This document shows, piece after piece, positions 1 to 11,734 of a DNA stretch of 64,000 nt. The stretch covers positions 79,117,092 to 79,181,091 of the forward strand of contig JARDVH010000042.1 in NCBI GenBank assembly GCA_030324005.1. The letters run 5' to 3'. How positions within the stretch are numbered: position 1 is the stretch's first letter; each line of letters begins with the position of its first letter. The translations under genes were made by a program, and so were the position numbers. The DNA comes from Negaprion brevirostris. Lineage: Eukaryota. A model generated the notes under the pieces. That model was given only the letters and a program-made list of their open reading frames with translations, was not told where the DNA came from and did not search any database.

Positions 1-13
1 GGCTCTCACTCAC

Positions 14-1058
14 CTCATAGGACCAGACACACTGGGTGCTGGCGAACCTCCGCACGCAGCGGCCGATCTCCACGTCCTCGTGTGTGGTGTACATCTCCCG
101 CAGGCACTCGCCAATGTGCGGCACCATCCGGCGCAGCACCTCCCGGCTGAAGATCATGCCGGGGCCCCCCATGCAGAAGTTCTCGCCGGGCTCGAGGGCC
201 AGCTTGCCCAGCTCCTCGGTGGTGCCCAGGCCGGTCTGGCCCAGGTAGAGGGGCTGGCTGCTGTTCAGGGACCTCAGCAGCTCCTCCAGCCGCTCGCCTT
301 TGATGTAGACATCATCGTCCGCCCGCATGAACCACTCGAAGCGCTCCAGGTACAGGTCGTGCATGTACTTGAGCATCATGAAGGACTTCTTCTGGGGAGG
401 GTAAGAGTCATCCACCCCGGGCAGGGAGACCAGGGGGATGGGGATAGGGGTGAGGATGTCCTGGGAGCCCTGGCTGGAGAAGAACTCCACTTTGCCCGGG
501 ATGGAGGAAGCCCAGGTCCTGTAGGCAGCCACCGCCCGCGAGTCCAGGTACTTCTTGGCCGTCATCACCCCAACATAGAGGAAATGCTTGTTGCTGCTGC
601 TGGCACGGTGGCCATTGCCCCCCCTGGCAGCTTCCTCACCTTCCTCCTCATCCTCCTCNNNNNNNNNNNNNNNNNNNNNNNNNNNNNNNNNNNNNNNNNN
701 NNNNNNNNNNNNNNNNNNNNNNNNNNNNNNNNNNNNNNNNNNNNNNNNNNNNNNNNNNTTCCTCCTCCTCATCCTCCTCCTCCTCCTGGCTCTGCTCTTC
801 CTTTGGCAGCTTGCTGTAGAGCAGATGGTCTTTGTGCCAGCCCAGACTCCTGGAGCTGCTGCTGCTGCCGCCGCCGCCGCCGCCGACCGCCCGTCCAATT
901 CCTGCTCTGTTCAGCAACGAGGAGCAGATGTTGAAGATCTTTTTGTTCTTGCCATTGATTTCCACCACCCTGGGGACGATGAGCCACGAAGCGGCGGTGA
1001 AGCCCAGCACCAGCCCCAGCACCACACTCAGCCAGGGTCTGCGAGCCCTCCCGGCCAT
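14..1058 (-). CDS. CHSY3: Chondroitin sulfate synthase 3, first coding exon (gene continues left of the window)
   Basis: ATG at 1058 in ACCATGG context. N-terminus MAGRARRPWLSVVLGLVLGFTAASWLIVPRV matches the CHSY3 type-II TM anchor as I recall it (SVALGLVLGFTAASWLIAPRV). After the N-gap the frame reads FLYVGVMTAKKYLDSRAVAAYRTW...LPGVDDSYPPQKKSFMMLKYMHD...WFMRADDDVYIKG...GENFCMGGPGMIFSREVLRRMVPHIGECLREMYTTHEDVEIGRCVRRFASTQCVWSYE, then a phase-0 donor GAG|GTGAGT at 13. The frame offset across 659-758 comes from the 100-N placeholder gap. Neighbouring MINAR2 favours CHSY3 over CHSY1. Confidence 0.93.
855..885. repeat. Coding trinucleotide repeats (CTG)n(CCG)n encoding poly-Ser/poly-Gly in the CHSY3 stem
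   Basis: ctgctgctgctgccgccgccgccgccgccg; the minus strand reads GGGGGGSSSSS. A poly-Glu (TCC)n tract flanks the gap at 659-758. Confidence 0.9.
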
Positions 1059-3512
1059 GGTCAACCCTCCCCCCAGGCAGGAGGAGGGGAGAGGGGGGGA
1101 ATTCCACCTGTCTACCCACTCACCGACCCCTCCAAAACACACAGCCCCGGGCTCCAGACAAACCTACCCCACCATCGCAAACTGTCCTTTGTTCAAACAG
1201 TCATTCAAAAAACCAACTTGGAATTAAAAGAGGAGAAAATCATATTTCTCTGCTCCTTTTCCCCCCTCTCTCCAGCACCAAAGTCTCTCTCTGTGCTCCT
1301 CTCCGACCAGTTAAGTGTCACCAACTGCAACTCTGGCTCCTTTTCTTGCAAGTTGTCACACAACCCTTAAGGAAGTTGCTGCAGGCGATCCCCTTTTTCC
1401 GTTCTTTGGGAAGATTCTCGCATTTTGGTTCGGGTTTTTTTTTTCCCCTCTCTCTCTCTCTCTCCCTTTCTCGCTGGGTTCTTTTTCTGTGCAATGTTCT
1501 TTTTTATAATGAAAAAAAAAACAAAAAAACAAACAAGAACACACACAAAAAAAGTTGTGGGTGATAAGGAAGAAGAAAGGAAGCGTTGTCAGGGCTGGCT
1601 GCCTCTCAGTGCCGGAGTGGTGGAGGAGCAGCAGCACATTTGCAGCCTGGCTGGCACTCCCACTCTCTGCTCTCCTCCTCCCCCTCCTCCTCTTCTCCAC
1701 TCTCCCCGCTTCGCCATCTTGTTTACATTTGACGTCAGGGTAAATAACTTTTTTCTCCCTCTCCCTTCCTTTTCCTCTCTCTCTCTCTCTTCTGCCCTCT
1801 TTATTTTCCGCTCCTCCGCTGTTTGGAGCCTCGGCTTCCCTTCATTAATATTAATGCCGCACTCCCGGACCAGAGAGCGCCAGCGGGCCGCCCGTAAAGA
1901 GGAAGGGGAGCTTTCAAGTCTGCAGACTGACAGCGCCGCTGTCCATACAGCGAGCAGCGGCGGGCAAAGCCAGTGCAAACTCTCCGGCCTGCCTCTTGCC
2001 TCCTCCAAGCAGCCCAATCAAAGGAGTTGGAGGGCCGGGACATCCGCCCCTTGGAGCCGGGGCTGGCGGGGGGGAGGTGGGAGAATCCACAGTCTCGGCG
2101 CTGGAGGAGGTGGGGCTCCGGCAGACTTTCTCATTGACACTGATCACTGCCGTCTGCTTTGAGAGACACGGCGGAAAGCCGCTCCAAGTGAGCCAAGCCG
2201 CTTCTCCCAAGCATCCAGCTCTCAGCCCCTTCCCCATTCATTTCCACTCCCTCTAACAGAGCAAAGGCAGCAGGTCGCCTTCAGCGCGGTTATTGCTAAC
2301 ATGCTTCTAAATTTAAAGTGCGTTCTCTCAAAAAGAAAAAAGGACTCCGCACCATGTGGTGGTGGGGGGTATATGATTAATGATTCCCACGATTGCAGGA
2401 AGAAATAGGCAACCTTAAACAAAGTGCGATGTAAGGAAAAGGGAGAAAAGCTACACCGAGCTCCCAGAATAAAGACTGTATTGGGGTTGGAAGCTTAGGG
2501 ATGCTACATTTTCTCAGAACCTCCAATTTTACTTTGTACTCAATGTAAGATTGATCGGTAATAATGATGAATTTTAGGGCAAGTATTTGACTAACAATAT
2601 TTTCAATAAAAGTAGTCACTAGGTACGGACAAATTGTGGTTAATAAAGTGCAAACGCGAAATTAAATATCTGTTTCCCTTGTATATTTGGCGATGTTTGC
2701 TTTCTCATCGGCACTGAATAGAGAAACGACCTACCCTAGCTCACCAGGAACACAGACTTATAACACAAGTACCAAATAAATTCAAATTGCGTCAATTCAT
2801 TTTGGCTTTAATCCTGCAAAGTGGTTTCATTGAAGATGAAAATGGTACAGGATTGAAACCACACAGTTAATTTCCATGAATCTACCAAACTCCAAACAAT
2901 CTTTAAAGTAAAAACAAATGGTGTTCCTTCTTCAATCACCTTTGACCCACCAGAGATAAATGACAGGCATATGCTTCAATCAGACCAGAAATGTAATACA
3001 TTCAACTGGAATAGCTATATATTGCTTTTAATTCATTCATGGGATGTGGGTATTGTTAGCTAGTCTAGCATTTATTGCCTATCCCTAAATGCCCTTGAGA
3101 AGGTAGTGAGCTGCTTTCTTGAACAGCTGCAGCCCATGTGTTGTAAAAACACTCACTGTGCCGTTAGAAAGGGTGTTTCAGAACTTTGACCTAGCAGCAG
3201 CAAAGGAACAGCAAAATAACTCCCAGTCAGGATAGTGTATGGTCTGGAGAAAAGCTTGCAGGTGATGGTATTCTTATACATCTGTTGCCCTTGCCCTGGG
3301 TGGTAGAGGTTACAGGTTTGGAAGGTACTTTCGAAGAAACCTTGTTGAGTTGCTACATCGCATCTTGCAGAAGGTATACACTGCTGCCATTGTGTCAGTG
3401 GTGGAGGGAATGAATGTTTAAGGTGGTAGATGGAGCATCAAACAAACAGACATAAATATCACGTCTGTGTATACAGATTGAATATCCTTAACCAAAAACC
3501 CTTGGGACCGAT

Positions 3513-3850
3513 TATAGAACCATAGAAAATTACAGCTCAGAAACAGACCTTTTGGCCCTTCTTGTCTGTGCCAAACCATTTTTTGCCTAATCCCACTAAC
3601 CTGCACTTGGACCATATCCCTCCATACTCCTCTCATCCATGAACCTGTCNNNNNNNNNNCTTAAATGTTAAAAGTGACCCCGCATTTACCACTTTATCCA
3701 ACAGCTCATTCCACACTCCCACCACTCTCTGCGCGGAGAAGCCCCCCGTAATATTCCCTTTAAACTTTTCTCCTTTCACCCTTAACCCATGCCCTCTGGT
3801 ATTTTTCTCCCCTGCTTGCATGCACTCTATCTATACCCATCAAAATCTTA
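3513..3850 (-). mobile_element. CR1 3' end
   Basis: ORF NTRGHGLRVKGEKFKGN...FSAQRVVGVWNEL; tail (tagaacca). Similar fragments at about 9420-9850, 35224-35680, 43760-44090, 47380-47525 and 54940-55205. Confidence 0.8.
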
Positions 3851-4092
3851 TACACAATATATTAATTGTATACACAATATAATCTTATATTATCTTTCAG
3901 ATTTAAGATAATTTTAATTTTTGGAGACCACATATAGGCTTAGGCTTACTTACTTAGGTTGATGCTTAGACTACCTATAGTCTAAAATAAACAAAATGGC
4001 TAGAAAAGTAAGATGTATTACTGAATACATATAGACTACCTGTAATAAGTTCACATTGTGGCGCCATCTGTGATGCTGCTTGCAGGAGAGGT

Positions 4093-4146
4093 TCACAAGG
4101 TAAACAGTGCAGACAAAAATCACAAGGTAAACTTTGCAGACAAAAA
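4093..4146. repeat. 27-bp tandem duplication
   Basis: tcacaaggtaaacagtgcagacaaaaa / tcacaaggtaaactttgcagacaaaaa. Confidence 0.85.
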
Positions 4147-7078
4147 AGCTAGACTCCCCACATTAAAGATCGAACGCAGTCGGTGAGATTTATGTCACCT
4201 TGGGTCACAGACTTTCCGTGCTGAAGTTTGCTGCTGTTCAAAAAGTTCTTTTTTGGATGTGTTCAGTTTTCAAATTTACAGATAAAGACTACTCGACCTG
4301 CATATAGAAACCAGCATCATCTATGGTTCCAATCATAAAGGGTAACATCTCATCAGCTAACCTAGGACAACAGGGAATTGTGGCAAGTTCTGTAACATAA
4401 CAGCACTCATCTGAACCCAACCCAGGTCAAGCCTGGCAGCAAAGTGAAGTAACTCATATTGATCAAATGGAAATTGCTTCAGTCTTGGAATTTAGTTTCA
4501 CACACATCCTTTGCAATATATAAAACATTGTAAAACATTCCACTTGTTATCCTGTAGGTTATAGAGCTAATGTGATTTTTATATAATGTAACATAAAATG
4601 ATCATTAGTCTGAACAACCAGTATCTTCTTGGAGTGATCAGATTGATACGAGCAAACCTTATAAATCTACAACTTATCAATGAAAAATCATCCAATAACA
4701 CAAATGTTTAATGCAATAATAACCTCAACAGGTTTGACAAACATTTGAGCTAATGAGATACAGCATAGAAAATACAGAGTGGTAATTTAACAACAAGAAC
4801 AAATTTACAACACCAAGAGCTAATTTTTCCACTAACTGAATCCAAACTCCAAATAACCTGTGCCCAAAAGGTAAAGGGACAGTATATTGCTTTCGGTAGA
4901 TGAGAGGTTTTATTTCAGTAAACCCTGTTGCAAAATAGTTTTTATACAAAAAGGACTATTGCTTATTATTTCTTGAAGTGTTAGGGTTGGTTATTTTATA
5001 AATTTGATTGATTGTTGAAAATCCTCTTTTGGATCATCCTGTTAACCTATCCCCTTCCAAATCCAGTAGTTATGTATATTATGTGTATAGATTCACACTA
5101 TGCATGTATGATTTCAGATCCTACACATTAAGTTAACTAAGAATCAAAAGCGACAACGACAAGTAATGGATGGTTCCAAATGAATATTATATTGGATCAA
5201 ATACTATACTGTGATTTTTTTTCATATATTGAATGTCATTCCATAGGTGGTTCCACCAATGTCTCTCAGAAAATTGATTTGAAATCTATGGTCTTTCTGT
5301 CACACTAAACTTGTACTCTGGCTATGCAGTGCTGCTTCAAATGTATTTCTATATTAGAGCACTGTCTGAGTCAGTTGAAATGATAAAGCAGGTTTCAATG
5401 AAATTCATACTCTCAATCATATCATCACACTTATAATACAAATCTATACAAGCTCTTTAAGCGTCCAATTAGGATGTAATACTTTTCTCACAAAATTAAA
5501 AGGTGATATTTCTGTGGAGTCACCTTTTCAAATCCCACAAAAAACATTTTAAATGTCTCATAGTCATGACTAATGAGCTATAGAATGAAGTTCCTATTAA
5601 AAAGGGTAGAACATAAAGTGGGCTTGCTCTCCTTGCTATGCATAGGCATAGCAAAACTGGTGATTTTTGTCCTGTATTTTGAGAAATAATAAACTGGAAA
5701 CTGTAACTCAGATTGATATTATGTGGCTACTTTTAGAATGCAACTGTACTCACAAAGCTATCCATGTTCTTACTGACAGCATTTCTATGATCAACTTTTC
5801 TTCTTTTTACCCAGATGTATCCAATACATGTGATGCATCCTGTTTATTTCTAAAACCACCACTTTCACAGTGAGGTTTTTCTTAGTATTAGTTGTGGTAA
5901 TCAACTTTAAAATGACAAGAATTTAGTTTGACACTAAATGAAATAAATATGACAGCGATGGCATAAATAAAATTAATATTTAAGCAGTTAGTAACCTCTC
6001 ATATAGAGGCAGAATTTAAAGCCCCCATCCCATCCCCAAAATTGGTGTGTTTGGCTTGGGTGGGAATTAAAAATATAAAAGCGATCCCTAATCAAACCAC
6101 GTCAATTCCAATTTTAGTAGATGGAGCATAATGGCTGGGTGATCAAATCATTGCCAGAAAACAAGTCAGCCTTTTCATCTTTCATAAGGTTACATGATTT
6201 ATATTTTTCCTTCTGTTCCAGATTAAACACTGACTAAATTGGTTTCTTGAGAAACCCAACAGCTAAAGAGAGGCAAAGACAGCTGCATGGAAAGAAATAT
6301 TATTTTCCAGCACTGTTCATGGGTCAGGAGGAGAGCAGGACTCCAAGCATCTTGTTTTCCTCCACTTCTAGGAAGCTGCTAATCTCCTCAGTGATCAGAC
6401 GACCCTGCATCCATGTGATCAAATATCCTCCACAATTTCCTGTGATTCTCTCCTCCCTGATCTATCTGGGCCCTATGATCTCACCTCCTCCTCTCCCAAT
6501 TTCTTTGCGTATGTTTTCCTCTCCAGGATCTCTCCTATAATGTGGTCTGGCAGATGTCCAAACTTTCAATCTGACTGGCTGCACCCAAAACAATACATTT
6601 CAAAAATTGGTAATTAAGTCCTGTTATTCTATTCAGCAATTGGTTAAATTCCCTGTTGTTGGAGATGGTCATTACCTGGTACTTGTGTGGCACAAATGTT
6701 ACTTGCCACTTATCAGTCTAAGCCTGAATGTTGTCGAGGTTTTGCTGCATATGAACATAATTCACATTTCTATTTGCATAATCCACTTCCCTCATTACTC
6801 CTCACTTGTTCTGGGGACGTGAGCATTGCTGGCAAGGCCAACATTTGTTGTCCATCCATAATTGCCCTTGAGCTGCAGTCCATGTGGTACTTCCACAATA
6901 CATCCATAGTGCTATTTTTCTATTTTAGTGGGTTGATACATCAGCAAGGCCATTTCAGGGGGCAGTTAATAATCAACCACATTGCGTTGGGGGCTTTGGA
7001 GTCATGTGTAGGCCAGGCAGGGTAAGGATGGTGATTTTCGCCACAAAGAGCATTAGTGATCCAGACTGTTAATCCAGT

Positions 7079-7380
7079 AGAATCATAGAATCCATTCAAT
7101 GCAGAAAGAAGCCATTTGGCCCATTGAATCAACAATGACAACAATCCCATGCAGGCCCTATCCCCGTAACCCCATGTATTCACCCTGCTAGTCCCTCTGA
7201 CATAAAGGGGCAATTTTCCATGGCCAATCAACCTACCCCACACATCTTTGTAGTGCAGGAGGAAACCAGAGGAAACCCAAACAGGCATGGGAAGAACACG
7301 CAAACTCCATACAGACAGTCACCCAAAGCCAGAATTGAACTTGGGTTCCTGGCTCAGTGAAGTAGCAGTGCTAACCACCT
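7079..7380 (-). mobile_element. tRNA-derived HE1-type SINE with CR1-type tail
   Basis: Minus strand has head gtggttagcactgct...ccaagttcaattc (A/B boxes), core gggtttcctctggtttcctcc and tail (GATTCTAT)n. Confidence 0.85.
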
Positions 7381-10028
7381 ATCCATAACATTAATTAATG
7401 AAACCAGTATTTAATTCTAGATATATTAATTAATTGAATTTAAATTCCCCAGTCCTGATAAGATTTAAATTCATGTGTCTGAAGAGTTATTCCAGGCCTT
7501 TGTAATACTAGTCCAATAATGGCTGGCACTATCATGCCAGCTATTATATGCCATCCTCTGCTGTGACATGACATTATGTCTGTGTTAACAGAGAAATTGT
7601 GAAGAGCATAACACCTCTATCAATTCCGTTTGTGCTTTATTAAAACTTGTCGGTAGAATTCTTTTCACGCTTGATATTGTCCAATTGCATTGATGCCACG
7701 ATTTATGCGGCAGACCTAATCCTTCAATGAATAGATAGTTCAACCTAGTCTCCATTTCCATGCACAGTAAAAGATGCAGCTTGTTTCATGTTGTTGGGGT
7801 GTGGGGGTGGGGGGTGGTGGGAAATCTGTTTCTGGGATGAATTGATTCAAATTGGCTGCGTGTAATCTGCTATTTTGAAGCAATGCAGGCAGCCAGTTTA
7901 TTGCAGGATGGAAATTTGTTCAGACACAAGTATATCCTCAGTGGCATAAATGTTGTTATGATCTATGCCTTAAACATATGGCCCTTCCTTCCAGAAGTGA
8001 AGAAATTATCTCATTAATCTTCCTGCACTGTCTGAGATGTAATTCCAGCACGTTGGCACACATGTAATAAAGGATTTTATTAAATTTATTATTAAATGCC
8101 ATCATTCCATAAAGAGAAACTGGCCTTTGAATTTGTTAACTTTCAGATAAAATCTTTTCTGTGTTTCTGTTCCTTGATTCATTGACCCTCTACCAGATGC
8201 AGAAAGAATAGTTCCACATTTTCATAGGTGCACCCGTAGAATCACATTTGATACAAAAGAATATGTTATACTTCATTCATGGTATGCTTTGTCTGTATAA
8301 TGCACAGGAAACAATACTTTTCACTGTATACCAATACATGTGACAATAATAAATCAAATCATCTTTAACTTTCAATTACACAAGCTGTATGCAGAGTATA
8401 TGTATTGAGGAAGTGTCTTTTTGTGCCTCAGACCATATAGCAATTAATTCAACTCTAAGGTACAGTGTATTGCAACATGCCCCAATGAGCTGAATCAGCT
8501 GAATTTGTGCATCGTTATTGCAATTTTGATGAGGAAATATTGAACTTCTCAAAACACAAATGTTTAAAGTGGCATTGGACATGCCAACAGCTTTTTTTTA
8601 ATGTATAGTTGTAGAGAAACAATTGCACCATCTAGTGCCTAAGCAGTGACTCTACAATTTAGCTGTTGAATCCATGGTTATTTTTCTGTTCAGAAGTGCG
8701 TAACTATTCTCTTTTTATTTTGCTAATGTGCTGAGAAAGTGTGCAGGCATGTTATTAATATCTTTGTTACGTCTGGCTATAAAATCATTTTCAATCCAGG
8801 AGGAAACTGATTTTTCCCCATAGTTCACTTTATTATATATTGCATTACATTTCAAAACCCAGGGTCACTTAGTTGCTGCTTGTTGAATCTATTTTAATTT
8901 TAATCATTTTCTGCAATAACTGCAGCAGCTACAGATGGACTGGCACTGAGATTTCCAAAATTAAATGAACTAATGTTGATTAACACCAAAATGCCTCATC
9001 TTGAACACAAACATGGAAGAAGATAGGCCATCTGCAGAAAGAAGAAAAATCTAGACCTCGACAACCAGGACAAATTTGTATTCTGCAAAGAACGTGAAGA
9101 ACAAATGTGTTCAAATTTGGAAAGTTCAGACCAGTTCGGTTAGATATATCTGTAAAACTCAGAAAATGTGGGTTTCTTCAACTTAGAAGAAATGGTCCCC
9201 ATCAAATTTAGGAGAGTTAAGACCTTCAACAGCAATTGTTCAAATTGCAGCCAGAACACCCTCATTCAACTGAGGAGGTTTCACCATTCCACCTCTTCAG
9301 GCTACTTTACTGGGCTTTTCTCTACTGAGATTGTTTATCTGCTTCACCTTGCCCCCATCTTTTACATTGGTCCAATTATTATCTTGCTTCATAATGCTTC
9401 TTGGCTTATCCTTGAGAATGAGGACAGGTTGCAGACACCAGGCTGGTACTCCCTTGAGTATAGAAGATCAAGTGGTGAATGAATGGACATTTTTAAGCCA
9501 ATTATAAGATTTATTGGATAGGGCAGATGGAAATAAGCTATTCCTTCTGCTGGGGAATCCAGAGTAAGGGGACAGATCTTTTAATAGTTAGCCCTTGGCT
9601 GTTCGAGGTGATGCAAGGAAGCAACGCTTCACATAGAGGATAGTGGAAATTCTAAAATCTCTTCCCTCACTACCTCGGTTGGTGAGGTTGGCTCAATTAA
9701 AAAATTAACAAACTACAGTTGATAGTTTTTTGTTCAGCAAGAGAGCAAAGGATTACAGAACCAAGGCAAGTAAATGGAGTTAGTTAAAGTGTAGCTCAGT
9801 CTGATCAAACTGAATGGTGGAAGAGGTTCATGGGACTAAATTGACTATTTCTTTATATGTGACTCCAGAGACAATGGCTGGGATTTTTCGACTGTTAACA
9901 CCAGCATGATTTCCCCATACTGCTGCAATGAATGGGGATTTAGCTTATAGCCAAATTCTCTGCCTTCACTGTAGTGGCAGTGTGGCGTGAATGGCCGGTA
10001 AGATTGCACCCATTGACTAGAACATATT

Positions 10029-10969
10029 GGCCCAGATCCTTTGGTCTCCAGGTAGTTCCCGAAATGCGCTTGGGATCCCTTGGAAGACCCCATGTACAGG
10101 CTGCATGGGAATTGCCTGGGAAGTTTCAGCTTCTGTCGGGCAATGACCCTGTCGCTGAAACTCTCCAAAATGTGGAGTTAAAGTTGAAGACTTTTAATGG
10201 CTCCAACTCACTTAGCAGAATAGTTAGTCAGGATAAGTTAGAAGGATTAAAGTCAGTTCTAACTCCTGGTTAACTACTGTGTAACTAACTCCACTAACCA
10301 CCCCCTCCCCACCCAACTCCAAATGTCCTATGGATTCTCTTNNNNNNNNNNNNNNNNNNNNNNNNNNNNNNNNNNNNNNNNNNNNNNNNNNNNNNNNNNN
10401 NNNNNNNNNNNNNNNNNNNNNNNNNNNNNNNNNNNNNNNNNCCCAAACACCATAACCATCCAACTACCACCTGAACCTCTACCAATTCCTCAAACAGCCT
10501 CTCAATTCCACAAAAACTTCCTGTAAACCCTCCCAACTCCCAAATACCCCATTACCATGGCTGTCTTCCACCCCCACCTAGCTTTCCCCCCCCTTCACTT
10601 TCCCCCTCTCCCTGAGCCACCTACCCCTTGACTACACTGACAAACTTCCTACCCCAACTACCCCACCCATCAACCCCTCCTCACTTACTTACCTTACACA
10701 CTTATCTCCTCTCTTAGCTTGTCAAGTTTGCTTCGAGGCATTTAAACTTACTGGAATATAGCAGTCGTTGCTGTAAAATGGGAGCATGGCCTAGTTTCCC
10801 CGATATCCCTGCAGTACAAAGGAAGGATTGCAGATTAACGAGCTCCACATTTCTCAGGAGACGCAGTTTGCAAGTCTGGGTTGGAAATGTGGAACTCCAA
10901 TGCAAAGTAAGCAAATTGGAGTGGAGTGGTAATTGAGCAATTACTGACATGACTTGGAAGAATTGGTCC
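10029..10969. mobile_element. Possible MITE with C-rich interior
   Basis: Imperfect TIRs ggcccagatcctt / aagaattggtcc. A short MITE of about 135 bp (ggctgggatttttc...aagattgcaccc) is adjacent at 9877-10010. Confidence 0.35.
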
Positions 10970-11029
10970 ATAATTTATATAGGAGTAAATATATTTATTT
11001 AAGAATTGTTGCTTGATAGTGCAGAATTT

Positions 11030-11705
11030 GAATATTGCTGAAAAAAATACATGCTCTCAAAGCTTTTCACCTTATACTCATCAGGACAGATAGACGAATG
11101 CCAACTTTCAAAGGGAGCAACAATTTGTACTATATAAAAAAGATTGCTGATTGGTTGGTAAGTCAACTGCAATTGGTCAAAGTGCTGCCATAGACAATAT
11201 ACCAGTAAACTATTGTCCTCATGCTTTTCCTTAATTAAAAAAGGTACAATGCCTGGACAAGTTCCTTTTGCACACAGAGGACAATTTCTGCATATAAATA
11301 CATGCAGCTTCTAGCAAGCTTAAGTGAGCCATATTGTGAGCCCAACTGAAAATCTTTAGTTGGCGATTAGTGTAAATGTTAGCACACTCTGGGGTGTCCA
11401 CCAAGTGCTGTCCAATCTCGGAATCAAATCTAATATTAAACATTAGATTTTGAATTTTGCAAGCATAGGCTAGTTGAGTACAGCTAAAGTTCTGCGTCCT
11501 GTGACCAGTTGAAGGGACATGGTGTTTAATATGGTCTGCTGCTGTTGGGACATGTGACCTGTGTTTACTGGTATCACACCAGCACTGAAATTTATGTACC
11601 ATATTACTCATTTGTGTGATTGGCAGAACACCTATTTGGCTTGATGGCAACATCCTGTTAGTGGTAATTACCACTCATATTGTTACTGCATAGTAGCAAC
11701 TTCAT
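11030..11705 (-). mobile_element. Penelope-like retroelement 3' part (GIY-YIG endonuclease remnant plus terminal hammerhead motif)
   Basis: ORF 11231..11674 reads SNMVHKFQCWC...IKHHVP...SEIGQHLVDTPEC...LSLLEAACI, resembling PLE GIY-YIG domains. It is followed by CTGATGA...GAAA at 11054-11089. Confidence 0.75.
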
Positions 11706-11734
11706 GCGTAGCTTAAATTATTTTTACTTTATTC

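Larger units (their letters stand above)
1..2380 (-). promoter_or_regulatory. CpG island / CHSY3 promoter and 5' leader
   Basis: GC- and CpG-rich against a CpG-depleted background. CCAAT at 2014-2018, GC box CCGCCC at 2044-2049, CRE TGACGTCA at 1730-1737, YY1-type CGCCATCTT at 1712-1720, forkhead-type TGTTTAC at 1720-1726 and GTAAATA at 1740-1746. Confidence 0.75.

Noticed and set aside
659-758. Apparent frameshift in CHSY3
   Set aside because: Arbitrary 100-N gap inside a (TCC)n tract with overlapping flanks; not evidence of pseudogenisation.
36-1370. Long plus-strand ORFs (80..934, 588..1370, 832..1227)
   Set aside because: Antisense shadows of the GC-rich CHSY3 exon that read through an N-gap.
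9168-9482. ORF with IVYLL...FYIG, reminiscent of GIY-YIG
   Set aside because: Too degenerate to call; at most another decayed Penelope fragment between RTE and CR1 relics.
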